Source: Candidatus Krumholzibacteriia bacterium (GTDB lineage: Bacteria; Krumholzibacteriota; Krumholzibacteriia; JAJRXK01). From it: DNA of 64,000 nt. Where the stretch lies: contig JBGPIA010000004.1 in the NCBI GenBank assembly GCA_041484665.1, forward strand, positions 96,001 through 160,000, given 5' to 3'. The number at the start of each line of letters is the position of its first letter. Position 1 is the stretch's first letter. The position numbers and the translations under genes are program-made. Below are positions 10,051 through 19,266 of this stretch, in pieces. The notes under the pieces were generated by a model that saw nothing but the letters and a program-made list of their open reading frames with translations, was not told the DNA's origin and made no database searches.

Positions 10051-11202
10051 CTAGCGCCCCCCGCGCCGCGGGGGCTCGTCTTGGTGCGCGCCGGCGCCTG
10101 GCAGCTCCGCTAGGAGGGCGCTGTAGCTGGCATAGCGACCGGGGTCGATGCGGCCAGCTTGCAGCGCGGCGCGCACCGCGCAGCCCGGCTCCTCGACGTG
10201 CAAGCAGTCACGGAAGCGGCACTCTCCGACCTCCCGCGCGATCTCCACGAACGCGGGCGCCAGATCGGCGCGGGTCATCCCCCACAGCCCGAACTCCCGC
10301 ATACCGGGCGTGTCCGCGAGGTAGCCGCCAGCCTCCAGTCGGTAGAGGCGGCTGGTGGTGGTGGTATGGCGACCCAAACCGGTCCGCTCCATCACGCTGG
10401 CCACCCGCAGGCTCAGGTGCGGCTGAAGGCGCGTGAGGAGGCTGCTCTTGCCGGCGCCCGACGGTCCCACGAAGGCATGGATCCCCTCGCGCAGCCGCAG
10501 GCGCAACCGCTCGATCCCCTCGCCGGTGGCCACCGAGCACAGCACCACGGGGTAGCCCAGGCCCTCGTAAAGCGCCGCCAGCGCGGCGGGATCCTCTCCG
10601 GAGGCCAGCTCGGACTTGTTGACGATCAGACCGGCCGGAACGCCCTGGTGAGAGGCCGACGCGAGCACCCGATCCACGAAGCGGACGCTGGGGGCGGGCT
10701 CGTCGCGCGCGACGACGACCCACAGACAGTCCAGGTTGGCGATGACCACCTGCTCGCGCGAGCGGCGCCCGTCGCCGGTTGGCGCGGGGCGGCTGATCTT
10801 GTTGCGCCGGGGCAGGACCTCGTCAATGACCCCCGTCCGCTCCGTGCGCTGGGTGCCACCGCCGTTGGGTGCGGAGTCCGCCGCGACGACGCCCGCGCGA
10901 CCCGCGGTGCCCTTGGGACCCTCGGTGCCCTCGGGAGGCTCAGTGCCCGTGGGGGACACGGGGCCCTGTTGGCCTTCCTTGCGGGGCGTGAAGAGGACGC
11001 GGTCGCCGATCACGGCCAGGCGGACCACCTCTTGGCGGCCCTTGCGGAGGCGGCCGCGCAGGGCGCAGGCCCACGGAAGCAGTGGATCGGCGTGGCTCTC
11101 CTCCACCAGGTAGCGATTGGCGCCGTGCTGGATCACCAGCCCCGGCCGGCTTACCCCCGCGCTGCCGGGAGCGCCGCCGCCCACATTCCCGGCCGCGCTC
11201 AC
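10051..11202 (-). CDS. rsgA: Ribosome small subunit-dependent GTPase A
   Basis: Circularly permuted GTPase motifs NKSE, GPSGAGKSS, GRHTTT, DTPG; zinc finger CRFRDCLHVEEPGCAV. Confidence 0.95.
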   Translation of the reverse strand: MSAAGNVGGGAPGSAGVSRPGLVIQHGANRYLVEESHADPLLPWACALRGRLRKGRQEVVRLAVIGDRVLFTPRKEGQQGPVSPTGTEPPEGTEGPKGTAGRAGVVAADSAPNGGGTQRTERTGVIDEVLPRRNKISRPAPTGDGRRSREQVVIANLDCLWVVVARDEPAPSVRFVDRVLASASHQGVPAGLIVNKSELASGEDPAALAALYEGLGYPVVLCSVATGEGIERLRLRLREGIHAFVGPSGAGKSSLLTRLQPHLSLRVASVMERTGLGRHTTTTSRLYRLEAGGYLADTPGMREFGLWGMTRADLAPAFVEIAREVGECRFRDCLHVEEPGCAVRAALQAGRIDPGRYASYSALLAELPGAGAHQDEPPRRGGR

Positions 11203-11321
11203 ACCTGCACCCCTGCCCGCGTTCTTGCCACAGGGGCCATTCCAGAGGTTGTCGCCGGGCGACCCATTTGATAGCCTGACAGTCCAGCCGATCGGGCGCC
11301 TGCGGCTGCATAGCGATCTCT

Positions 11322-11789
11322 ATGACAATCGACGAGCTGATCCGTCACGTGCAGCCGTCCTCCTCCGTGCTCGCGCTGCAGGCACGGGACAAGCAGACAG
11401 TCCTCACCGAGATCACCGACGCCCTCGTCGAGCGCGGTCACGTCAAGGATCGCGATGTCGTGCTGCAGATGCTGCGCAATCGCGAGCAGCTGGGCAGCAC
11501 CGCCGTCGGCGCCGGCGTCGCCTTTCCACACGGCCGCTCCCTCGCCGTCCAGAAGCTGACGATCCTGGTGGCGCGCAGCGCGCAGGGGGTGGACTTCGGC
11601 GGCCTGGACGGGAAACCGACCCGCCTTTTCTTCGTGCTGATGGCACCCCCCCAAGATAGCGGCAATCTCTATCTGCAGGCCCTCGGCAAGCTCACCGAGC
11701 TGGTCGCTCGCGACGACGTGCGCCGGGCCCTGTTGCAGACCGCGGACCTGGACGCGTTGGTTGGCATCTTAAGGGGGGCGGGCAAGTGA
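11322..11789 (+). CDS. ptsN: PTS IIA-like (Fru/Mtl/Ntr family) phosphoacceptor protein
   Basis: REQLGSTAVGAGVAFPHGRS with the phosphorylatable His; GVDFGGLDGKPTRLFF. Confidence 0.85.
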   Translation: MTIDELIRHVQPSSSVLALQARDKQTVLTEITDALVERGHVKDRDVVLQMLRNREQLGSTAVGAGVAFPHGRSLAVQKLTILVARSAQGVDFGGLDGKPTRLFFVLMAPPQDSGNLYLQALGKLTELVARDDVRRALLQTADLDALVGILRGAGK

Positions 11790-12136
11790 GCCAAGAGCGG
11801 GAAACGCAGCTCCTGGTAGCGCTGCAGGACCTCGAGCAGATGATCCGTGAGGCCGAGGACAAGCGCAATCGGGAGGCACTGGAGAAGATGGGGTTCCCGG
11901 TGACCGGCGTTGAGGAGCTGCGCAAGGCGCAGAAGAAGCTAGAGGACAAGATCGCCCCTCAGGTGCTGGGCCGCTATCGCAAGCTCACGACCCGCAGCGG
12001 CCGGGCGGTGGTGCCCGTGGTCGACGGCACCTGCACCGGCTGTTTCACCAACGTTCCGGCCATCTTCACCAGCTCGGTCAACGCGGGCAAGGTCATCTAC
12101 TGCGAGACCTGCGGCCGCGTGCTCTTCTGGCCCTAG
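11786..12136 (+). CDS. C4-type zinc-ribbon protein (short CT398/HP0958-like)
   Basis: LVALQDLE N-terminal helix; AVVPVVDGTCTGC...CETCGRVL; GTG start overlaps the ptsN stop. Confidence 0.85.
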   Translation: MSQERETQLLVALQDLEQMIREAEDKRNREALEKMGFPVTGVEELRKAQKKLEDKIAPQVLGRYRKLTTRSGRAVVPVVDGTCTGCFTNVPAIFTSSVNAGKVIYCETCGRVLFWP

Positions 12137-12248
12137 GCGGGCGGCGGCCAGATTCCGGCCAGAGTTCGGGCTCCAGCGCTCGCAGTCCGCCCCGTCGATC
12201 TCATCCTAAGCCAATATCAACAAATGAGTTGGCAAATTTGCGGCCGGT

Positions 12249-12264
12249 GGGCACCCCGGTTGCT
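12249..12264 (+). promoter_or_regulatory. Candidate sigma54 promoter for bactofilin, with an upstream IHF-like site at 12215-12227
   Basis: GGGCACCCCGGTTGCT matches GGCAC-N5-TTGCT. TATCAACAAATGA lies upstream, one mismatch from WATCAANNNNTTR. Confidence 0.55.
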
Positions 12265-12315
12265 GGCGCAGGGATGCCCGGACACCGGTTCGACCCTATC
12301 CCGACGGAGGGACGC

Positions 12316-12900
12316 ATGTTCAGCGGCAAGGAAAGACAAAGAAGCGGCGATTACGCGCAGCCCCCCCGCCCCGTCACGACGCAGGGCAAGAGCAACCCAG
12401 AGGGCGCGATCACCGCCTATCTGGGGCCCGACACCCACATCGAGGGGACGCTGCGCTTCCAGCACTCGGTTCTGATCGAGGGCTCCTTCAAGGGAGAGAT
12501 CCACAGCGGCGGCAGCCTCGTCATCGGCGAGAGCGCTGTGGTGGAGGCGCGTATCACGACCCTCAACATCACGATCAAGGGCGTGGTCAAGGGGACCATC
12601 GAGGCCAGCGAGCGGGTCTGCATCCAGGGCAACGGCCAGGTCTACGGCGACATCACCACGGCCTCGCTGCAGATGGACGAGTCGGTGGTGTTCCAGGGCA
12701 GCTGCTCGATGCCGAAGGGAACGACCACCAGCGGCGGCGGCACCAGCACCACCAGCAGCATCACCACCAGCAGCAGCACGAGTGGCAGCAGCACCATCCG
12801 CAACTCGACCCTCAAGCCCTCGGCGATCGACGCCCCATCCTGGAAGGACGAGGACAAGATCTATGACGCGGTCATGAAGACCGCCGACGACAAGAAGTAG
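12316..12900 (+). CDS. Bactofilin (polymer-forming cytoskeletal protein) with a Thr/Ser-rich tail
   Basis: RBS GGAGGG; AYLGPDTHIEGTLRF..VLIEGSFKGEI...VIGESAVVEARI...GDITTASLQMDESVVFQGSCSM. Confidence 0.92.
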   Translation: MFSGKERQRSGDYAQPPRPVTTQGKSNPEGAITAYLGPDTHIEGTLRFQHSVLIEGSFKGEIHSGGSLVIGESAVVEARITTLNITIKGVVKGTIEASERVCIQGNGQVYGDITTASLQMDESVVFQGSCSMPKGTTTSGGGTSTTSSITTSSSTSGSSTIRNSTLKPSAIDAPSWKDEDKIYDAVMKTADDKK

Positions 12901-12977
12901 GGCGCTTCCCCCGGCTCCTTGCTGCAGTTCCGTTCCCGGTCGGTCGAGAAGTAGGCTCTCACGGCGGTCCCGGGGAT

Positions 12978-13003
12978 CGGGCGGCGCGGCGCAGCGCCGC
13001 CCG
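12978..13003. terminator. Hairpin between the convergent bactofilin and Clp-ATPase genes
   Basis: CGGGCGGCGC-GGCGCA-GCGCCGCCCG, a 10-bp perfect stem. Confidence 0.45.
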
Positions 13004-13064
13004 TACTCGTTTCGTGCGGTGGGGTGACCGATCCATGCTGGGGGGGCAGGCGCCCCGGCATCGT

Positions 13065-14354
13065 TCAGCGCCGGTCGGGTGGCCCGCCGGTGTCGGCCAA
13101 CGCGCGGGCGTGGGCCATCACGGTGGTGACCTGCTCGACGACCTGGTTGGCCTCGCCGCCGTCGTCGGCGCCCTCGAGGTCCCTCGACTTCTCCTTCTGG
13201 ACGCGCAGCGCCTCGAAATCGGCGATCTCCGCATCGCTCATCCCGCCCGGCTCCTTCTCGAACACGAAATCCTTGCTCTCGTAGTCCACGGTGACGAGGT
13301 CCCCGCGCACGAGCTGGCCGCTGGAGATCAGGTGGCTGATCGGGGTGACCAGCCGGGCCTCCACGGCACGGCGCAGCGGCCGGGCCCCGAATTGCGGATC
13401 GGTCCCGATTCCGACCAGGGCGTCCTTGGCCGCGTGCTCGACGCGCAGCAGGAAGGGCTCCGCGCAGTCGATGCTGCGGATGTGGATGTTGGCGATCAGG
13501 TTGTCGAGGATCTCGTAGAGGTGGGGCTCCTTGAGCGTATCGTAGACGATCATCTCGTCGAAGCGGTTGAGGAACTCGAAGGGGAACACCTTGCGCGCCT
13601 CGCGCAATGCCGACTCGTGGATGTCCTTGTCCAGGCGCTGCCCCTCGAAACCCCCGTGGAAGCCGATGGAGTGGTGGGCGATGTGCGCTCCCATGGCCTC
13701 GCTGCCCACGTTGGTGGTGAGCACGATGATCGAGCGCGTGAAATCGACTTCCTCGTTATTGCCCAGCACGAGGTTGCCGTCCTCCAGGATGCCCAGCAGC
13801 ATGTTCCAGAGCTTGGGGTGGGCCTTCTCGATCTCGTCGAACAGCACGAGCGACAGGTAGGAGTCCTCCTCGGGGAAGATCTTGTTCACCTTGCCCAGCC
13901 CATCGGCGAACATGCCCAACCCTTCCTGATAGGCCTTCTTGTGATGGCGGTCGAGGTTCTCCTGGCACAAGAGCGGCTTGATCTCGCCGCCCACGTAGCC
14001 CGGGGGGCTGCCCAAGAGCTTGCTCATATTGTAGTGCGCGGAGTACTCCTGGCAGTTGACGCGGGTGTAGGCCTTGCGCGACCCGAACAGCGCCTCGGCT
14101 AGGCAGCGCACGGTCTCGGTCTTCCCCACTCCCGTGGGCCCCAGCAGCATCATGGTAAGCAGCGGTCGCTCGGGATCGCTGATGCCCGCGAGCACGCGGC
14201 TGAATGAGTTCGTGACCGTGTCCAGCGCCGTCGGCTGCCCGATGACCATGCGTTGCATGCGCTCGTGGAAGCGAGCGAGCTGCGGGTTGCGCTTCCCCGG
14301 ATCCAGCCGCAGGCGCTTGGCCGGGCTGCTCGGGCAGGGGGCGGGCTGGGTCAT
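13065..14354 (-). CDS. Stand-alone Clp/Hsp100 ATPase (NBD2 plus small domain only)
   Basis: VIGQ, GPTGVGKT (Walker A), LLGSPPGYVG pore loop, LFDEIEKAHP (Walker B), TTN sensor, SIGF loop, EFLNRFD, GARPLRR. Confidence 0.9.
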   Translation of the reverse strand: MTQPAPCPSSPAKRLRLDPGKRNPQLARFHERMQRMVIGQPTALDTVTNSFSRVLAGISDPERPLLTMMLLGPTGVGKTETVRCLAEALFGSRKAYTRVNCQEYSAHYNMSKLLGSPPGYVGGEIKPLLCQENLDRHHKKAYQEGLGMFADGLGKVNKIFPEEDSYLSLVLFDEIEKAHPKLWNMLLGILEDGNLVLGNNEEVDFTRSIIVLTTNVGSEAMGAHIAHHSIGFHGGFEGQRLDKDIHESALREARKVFPFEFLNRFDEMIVYDTLKEPHLYEILDNLIANIHIRSIDCAEPFLLRVEHAAKDALVGIGTDPQFGARPLRRAVEARLVTPISHLISSGQLVRGDLVTVDYESKDFVFEKEPGGMSDAEIADFEALRVQKEKSRDLEGADDGGEANQVVEQVTTVMAHARALADTGGPPDRR

Positions 14355-14601
14355 CGCGACGTCCTCCGCTGGCTCGGCGAGTCGGTCGCGGCCCTGGATC
14401 GCTGCGCTGCAAAGCGTTGCGTGGGGTGCCGCGGCTCGCGCGGAGGCAATGCAAGGATCCGGCCCGCCAAAGTAGGCCGAGCTCGGCCGCGTGACGCACC
14501 GGGACCCCTCGCGGAGTGCGCAGTGGAAGGACCGGCCGTCGCGCTCCGTCCCCGGGAAGCGCGAGGAATCCCCGGGCAGGAACGAGTTGCCGGCCGGCGC
14601 G

Positions 14602-16443
14602 CTACTGGGGCTCCCAGCCCTCCAAGTACGGCGCGCGAGGACCGCCTGGACGCTCGATCCAGCGGTCGTCGACGGCGGGCGCGATGGGAGAATGCCGTTG
14701 CAAGTAGCGCGTGAGCGCGTCGCGCACGGGCATCATCGTGTACTCGATGCGGTCGGGGGGCACTTGCGCCAGGAAGTCCAGGCCGCTGTTGCCTTCCATC
14801 AGGTAGTCGGTGGTGGCCACCCGATAGATGTGGTCCGGTTGGACCGACAGGCCGCCCACGGTCAGCGCCAACACGCGCTGCCCTGCCGCGGCGTCGGGGT
14901 CGACCACCACGTTCGCGCCGCTCTGGCAGATTCCCGCCGACCCGCGCCCGCTCTTGCGTTCGAGGATCTGGCGCAGCAGCCGGCCGTCCATCTGGACGAC
15001 CACCAGTGCATTGCCGAAGGGCTCCACCCGCAGCATGTCCCCGGAGGTGAGCGGCCCGGCCGGGAGGTCGGTACGCAGTCCTCCGTTGTTGGTGAAGGCG
15101 AAGTCGGCGGAAGCGCCCTCCCGCATGGCGTCCGTGACGAAATTGCCCATCGGGCTGTTGGCGCCACCGCGGCGCGTGAGTTCCACGCGGCTGCGGCCCA
15201 GGCGCACCGACAGACCCGCCGCGACCTTCTGGATGTACGGGCGGAGGCTGTCGGTCATGGCGTGGCTGGGCCACCACTCGTCCTCGAAGAGCGTCACCAG
15301 CACACCGTCGCGCCGCGGGCTCTCGTAGCGCAGCGGGAGCCCCGTCGCGCGATCGATGGTCAGGATCGCGTGGCCCACCGACGAGCCGTTGCCGAACGAC
15401 TCGAAGACCATGGCGTGGGTGACCGGGTCGATCCAGGGCTCGCGGTAGCCGCGGTGGGTGTGTCCGCCCACGACCAAGGGGACGCCCTCGAGCACGTGGA
15501 CCAGGTCCATAGCCCCGCGCACGTCGGCGCGGATGTCCTCGCCGGCGGCAACGCGCTTCTGCAGATTCGCCCATTCTTCCTGCGGGTCGAAGGGCAGCCC
15601 CTCGTGCACCACCAAGACGATGATGTCGGCGTGCTGCTGCTGCTTCAGATCATCGCGGTACTTCTCGATGGCCGGCAGCAGTGCCCCGAAGGCCAGCCCC
15701 TTGATGTTCTCCTCGAACGCCATCTGCGCCGTCCCCGGGGTGACCGCCCCGATGATCCCGATGCGCAGCCCGGCGCGCTCAACGACACGGCAAGGCTCCA
15801 CCCAATCCACCAAGGAGTCGGTCCCCTGCTTGAACAAGTTGCAACAGAGGAACTTCTGGTGCATGCCGTGCGAGATGCGGATGGCCACATCCTTGCCGCG
15901 GTCGAACTCGTGATTGCCGGGAGCGACGGCGTCGTAGCGCATCGTGTTGAAGTAGGTCTCCATCACGCTGCCCTCGGTCAGCGTCCCCACCGGCGCTCCC
16001 TGCCAGACGTCGCCCGCGTCCACGAGCACCATCGCCTCGTCGGGCTTGCCGGCAATCTGCTCGCGCAGCTTCTGGACGTAGGCCATCGCCGAAGCGCCTC
16101 CGCCCAGGGGCGGCGGGAAGTTGGGGTTCATGAAGTTCGCGCCCTCGGGCGCCACGTGGCCGTGGATGTCGTTGGTCCACACCAGGTGGATGCGCGCGAC
16201 GCCCGTGCTGGCCGCGTCGCCCATGGGCGGCGCGACGGCGCAGAGCGCCAGGACCGCTGCCGCCGCGAGTGCGCCGGCGGCACGACGGGCCACTCGACGC
16301 GCGGTCTGGTGGGCGGTGGCGCTCGCAGTGACGCGCGCGCTGACGCGGCCGGCGTGGCGCCGGCCCTCAAGTGCGGCACGAGCGAGCAGATCGGCCGCGC
16401 TAGGCCGTCGCGCTGGGCCGGTCACTGGTCGGAGGAATCGCAT
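14602..16443 (-). CDS. Secreted 5'-nucleotidase / UDP-sugar hydrolase (UshA/CpdB family)
   Basis: TNDIHG, DAGD, GNHEFD, GGHTH metallophosphoesterase motifs; 5'-NT C-domain (NSPMGNFVTDA, NNGGLR, PFGN, TTDYL); signal peptide. Exact start uncertain. Confidence 0.92.
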   Translation of the reverse strand: MRFLRPVTGPARRPSAADLLARAALEGRRHAGRVSARVTASATAHQTARRVARRAAGALAAAAVLALCAVAPPMGDAASTGVARIHLVWTNDIHGHVAPEGANFMNPNFPPPLGGGASAMAYVQKLREQIAGKPDEAMVLVDAGDVWQGAPVGTLTEGSVMETYFNTMRYDAVAPGNHEFDRGKDVAIRISHGMHQKFLCCNLFKQGTDSLVDWVEPCRVVERAGLRIGIIGAVTPGTAQMAFEENIKGLAFGALLPAIEKYRDDLKQQQHADIIVLVVHEGLPFDPQEEWANLQKRVAAGEDIRADVRGAMDLVHVLEGVPLVVGGHTHRGYREPWIDPVTHAMVFESFGNGSSVGHAILTIDRATGLPLRYESPRRDGVLVTLFEDEWWPSHAMTDSLRPYIQKVAAGLSVRLGRSRVELTRRGGANSPMGNFVTDAMREGASADFAFTNNGGLRTDLPAGPLTSGDMLRVEPFGNALVVVQMDGRLLRQILERKSGRGSAGICQSGANVVVDPDAAAGQRVLALTVGGLSVQPDHIYRVATTDYLMEGNSGLDFLAQVPPDRIEYTMMPVRDALTRYLQRHSPIAPAVDDRWIERPGGPRAPYLEGWEPQ

Positions 16444-17852
16444 GCCTGCTCCTGGTGGCCGAGGGCGGTGGACTGGGTGGCGAGCTCGATGCGCACTTCG
16501 TAGCTGCGACCGTCGGTGGCGAAGGTGACGTTGTGCTGGGCGCCGCTGCCGCGGAGGCGGTCGAGCGTGGGCAGGTCGTCGATGGCGTAGACGTGAGCGC
16601 CAATGGCCTGCAGGCGCGCGGTCGCCGCCGACAGCGCGTCCGTCAAATCGCCGTCCCAGACCTGCTGGGTGTTGGGAATGAACGCCACGCGGGGCCGCAG
16701 GGCGTTGATCCACGCTGCGCTGTTGGCGTCGTGCAGGCCGTGGTGCTGGGCCTTGTAGAACTCCACCTCCAGCTGCGCCGCGGGAAAGGCAGCCAGGATG
16801 CTGGCGGTGCTCTGGTCCTCGCAATCGCCGCCCATCATGAAATGGACGTCGCCGTAGGTGAAGCGCAGGACGATCGACTCGTTGTTGATGTCGGTGCCCT
16901 CGTAGCCGGTGAGTCCCACGTCGGGGGCGCGGCTGCTGTTGAGCACCGTGACGTCCACCTGCGGATCGAAGGCCAGCGCGGGGTTGCTGGCCGAAGTGTC
17001 GAAGCGGTACACGACCACGTGGGTTGTGCTGGGGTGGCCTGCCAGGTCGGCCAGGGCCTCGCGGTAGGCGGGCTTGTCGAAGGACTTGGTCGGCGAGTCC
17101 AGAAACACGTCGGGGGGCCGCGAGTCCAGCACCGCGAGGGTGTCCGCCGAGCCGACCATTCCACCGATGTGGTCCAGATGGACGTGGGTCGCGACCATGA
17201 CATCGATCCTGCTGACCCCGTGGGCATCCAGGTACTCGCTCACCGCCCGCGCACCGCTGCGCGGCCCGGCGTCGATCAGTACGTGCTCGCCGCTGGTGGG
17301 CATGGTGAGCAGATGGCTGTCGCCAAAGCCGATGTGGATCATCGTGGCGGTCAGGATTCCCGTCGGCGCCGCGATGGCGGCGGTGAAGGTGTCCACGGAC
17401 GTCGCCGCCACGCTGCCGTTGGTGGCTTCCGAGACCGCCTGCACCCAGACGAGCCGTCCGCGGGTCAGGTCCAACAGCGGCACCGAATGATCGAGCGCGT
17501 ACTGGCGATCGGCCCGCCCGGCCGCCACCGGATACGCCGCGTGATCGAAGCGGCCCACGGCGAATCCGTAGCGCACCCAGCCGCGCGCCGGGACCTCGGT
17601 GCGCCAGCGCACGAGGTTGCCTTGGACCGTGAGGCCGCTGATGCCGATGGGAGCGACCGGACCGTCGCCGCCGCTCTTGCCCGAGCAGCCCAGCTGCGCA
17701 GAGAGCGACAGCAGCAGGATTGCCGCCAGCGCCAGGCGCGCGCCAGCGTGGCAGGCGCCAGCGTGGCAGGCGCCCGCGCCGCGCACGCGGCGGCCTCGCC
17801 GGGTCCGGCCGTGGCCGTGATCGGGACGCGGGCCGTTGGCCCATGCGTACAT
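16422..17852 (-). CDS. ComEC/Rec2-type metallo-beta-lactamase-fold hydrolase (putative nuclease), lipoprotein
   Basis: Lipobox QLGC; FN3-like N-domain; IGFGDS, LIDAG, THVHLDHIGG, INNESIV, GGD, KAQHHG motifs. Confidence 0.85.
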   Translation of the reverse strand: MYAWANGPRPDHGHGRTRRGRRVRGAGACHAGACHAGARLALAAILLLSLSAQLGCSGKSGGDGPVAPIGISGLTVQGNLVRWRTEVPARGWVRYGFAVGRFDHAAYPVAAGRADRQYALDHSVPLLDLTRGRLVWVQAVSEATNGSVAATSVDTFTAAIAAPTGILTATMIHIGFGDSHLLTMPTSGEHVLIDAGPRSGARAVSEYLDAHGVSRIDVMVATHVHLDHIGGMVGSADTLAVLDSRPPDVFLDSPTKSFDKPAYREALADLAGHPSTTHVVVYRFDTSASNPALAFDPQVDVTVLNSSRAPDVGLTGYEGTDINNESIVLRFTYGDVHFMMGGDCEDQSTASILAAFPAAQLEVEFYKAQHHGLHDANSAAWINALRPRVAFIPNTQQVWDGDLTDALSAATARLQAIGAHVYAIDDLPTLDRLRGSGAQHNVTFATDGRSYEVRIELATQSTALGHQEQACDSSDQ

Positions 17853-17881
17853 CGAGAGGTCCCCTCCTGGGAGAGGCTGCG

Positions 17882-19258
17882 CTAGAAGCCGCGCGAGATC
17901 CCGACGACCATGCGGACGACGCTGTCGTCGACCTTGGCATCGTACGCAGGCGCCGGGAAGGTGTCCCCGCCGACGGTGGTGGTCGGGTCGAACAGGATGC
18001 CCAGCGGCTGGCGGCTGGTCTGGCGCTGGAACTGCCCCGTCACGTCCATCATGAAGCCCGCCACCGGCACCCCGAAGCCCGCCGAGAAGATCGACCGGGA
18101 CGACTCGCGATCGCTGTAGTTCTCAAGATAGCGAAACCCGGCCCGCAACGGTGTGCCGTTGTAGAAGATGTGCTCCACGCCCATGCGGACGTCCCAGGTG
18201 TCGCGGAAGTCGGGGGTCGCCGGCAGGCTCACGAGCGCCCGCCGGTAGTTCGTCGCCACCGCCGACCAGAATCGCCGCACCGCCTCTACGGTGAACACCG
18301 TGCGCAGCTCGTTGCGCGGCCGGTAGGCCACTCCCAGGCGCAGCGTGCCCGGGTACTCCAGCTCCACATCGGGGACGCTGGCGTGGGTGACGCTCGTACC
18401 CGAGCTGCGCACGCTGGTCGTGTCGGTGGCCAGCGTACCCTTGACGCTGAAGCGGTGCTCGTAGTCGATGCCCAGGTCCAGGCGGTCATTCACCCGCATC
18501 AGCCCGCCCAGGGAGACCCCCCAGCCGGCCAGGTCGTGCTTCAGGCTCTGGACCGAGTCGGGGGGCGCGTGGAAGCCGGCGATACGGCGATCCTGCTCGA
18601 TGGTCCCGAAGTAGCGGTGGACCGAGAGTCCCACGTGCGCGCCCGCCCCCAGCTCCGCCCCGTAGCCGCCGGTGAGCGAGAGCAGCCGGCCGCGTACCTG
18701 CAGCTGCCGCAGGTCCTGGATGGTGTCGCGGATCTGGGAGAAGGGGCTGGGGTCCCGGAACTCCTCGAAGTAGTCGTAGTCGAAATCGAAACGCTGGAAG
18801 AGGCCCAGGCCCACGGCCATGGCCCGCCGGTGCGGGATGCGGTAGACGACGCCTCCCTGGGCGTCGGTGTAGCTGTGGCTGTTGATCGCGATCGCGCTCT
18901 CGGTCGCGAAGCTCTGGAAACTGTCGTACAGCGGCACGAAGCGGTTCTCGCTCGCGTGCCAGAGGCCCAGCACCAGGTCGGCCCGCACGGTCGAGTCGGT
19001 GAGCGCCAGCGCCGCCGGATTCTGCACCAGGGCGGCACTGCCCTGGAAGACCGCGACGCCGGCCCCCCCCATTGCCCCCGAGCGCGCAGTGAAGCCGTCG
19101 ACGGGCGTCCCGTTGGGCACGTCTAGCAGGGTGGTGCAGCGTGCGGGGGCCGGCAGCAAGGCCGCCGGGACGGCCCAAAGGAGGGCCGACCACAGCACGG
19201 CGCAGCGTTGCGGCGCCGGCCGGATGAGGCAGCAGATTCGCGATGGGACACTCATCAC
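17882..19258 (-). CDS. Outer-membrane beta-barrel, FadL/PorV-like
   Basis: Signal peptide; ARSGAMGGAGVA...NPAAL N-terminal motif; amphipathic strands; C-terminal Phe (GISRGF). Confidence 0.75.
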   Translation of the reverse strand: MMSVPSRICCLIRPAPQRCAVLWSALLWAVPAALLPAPARCTTLLDVPNGTPVDGFTARSGAMGGAGVAVFQGSAALVQNPAALALTDSTVRADLVLGLWHASENRFVPLYDSFQSFATESAIAINSHSYTDAQGGVVYRIPHRRAMAVGLGLFQRFDFDYDYFEEFRDPSPFSQIRDTIQDLRQLQVRGRLLSLTGGYGAELGAGAHVGLSVHRYFGTIEQDRRIAGFHAPPDSVQSLKHDLAGWGVSLGGLMRVNDRLDLGIDYEHRFSVKGTLATDTTSVRSSGTSVTHASVPDVELEYPGTLRLGVAYRPRNELRTVFTVEAVRRFWSAVATNYRRALVSLPATPDFRDTWDVRMGVEHIFYNGTPLRAGFRYLENYSDRESSRSIFSAGFGVPVAGFMMDVTGQFQRQTSRQPLGILFDPTTTVGGDTFPAPAYDAKVDDSVVRMVVGISRGF

Positions 19259-19266
19259 GGACTCCC

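Noticed and set aside
14602..17940. 1112-aa ORF suggesting an extended 5'-nucleotidase
   Set aside because: The upstream part is an alternative frame over the MBL gene; the real start is near 16443.
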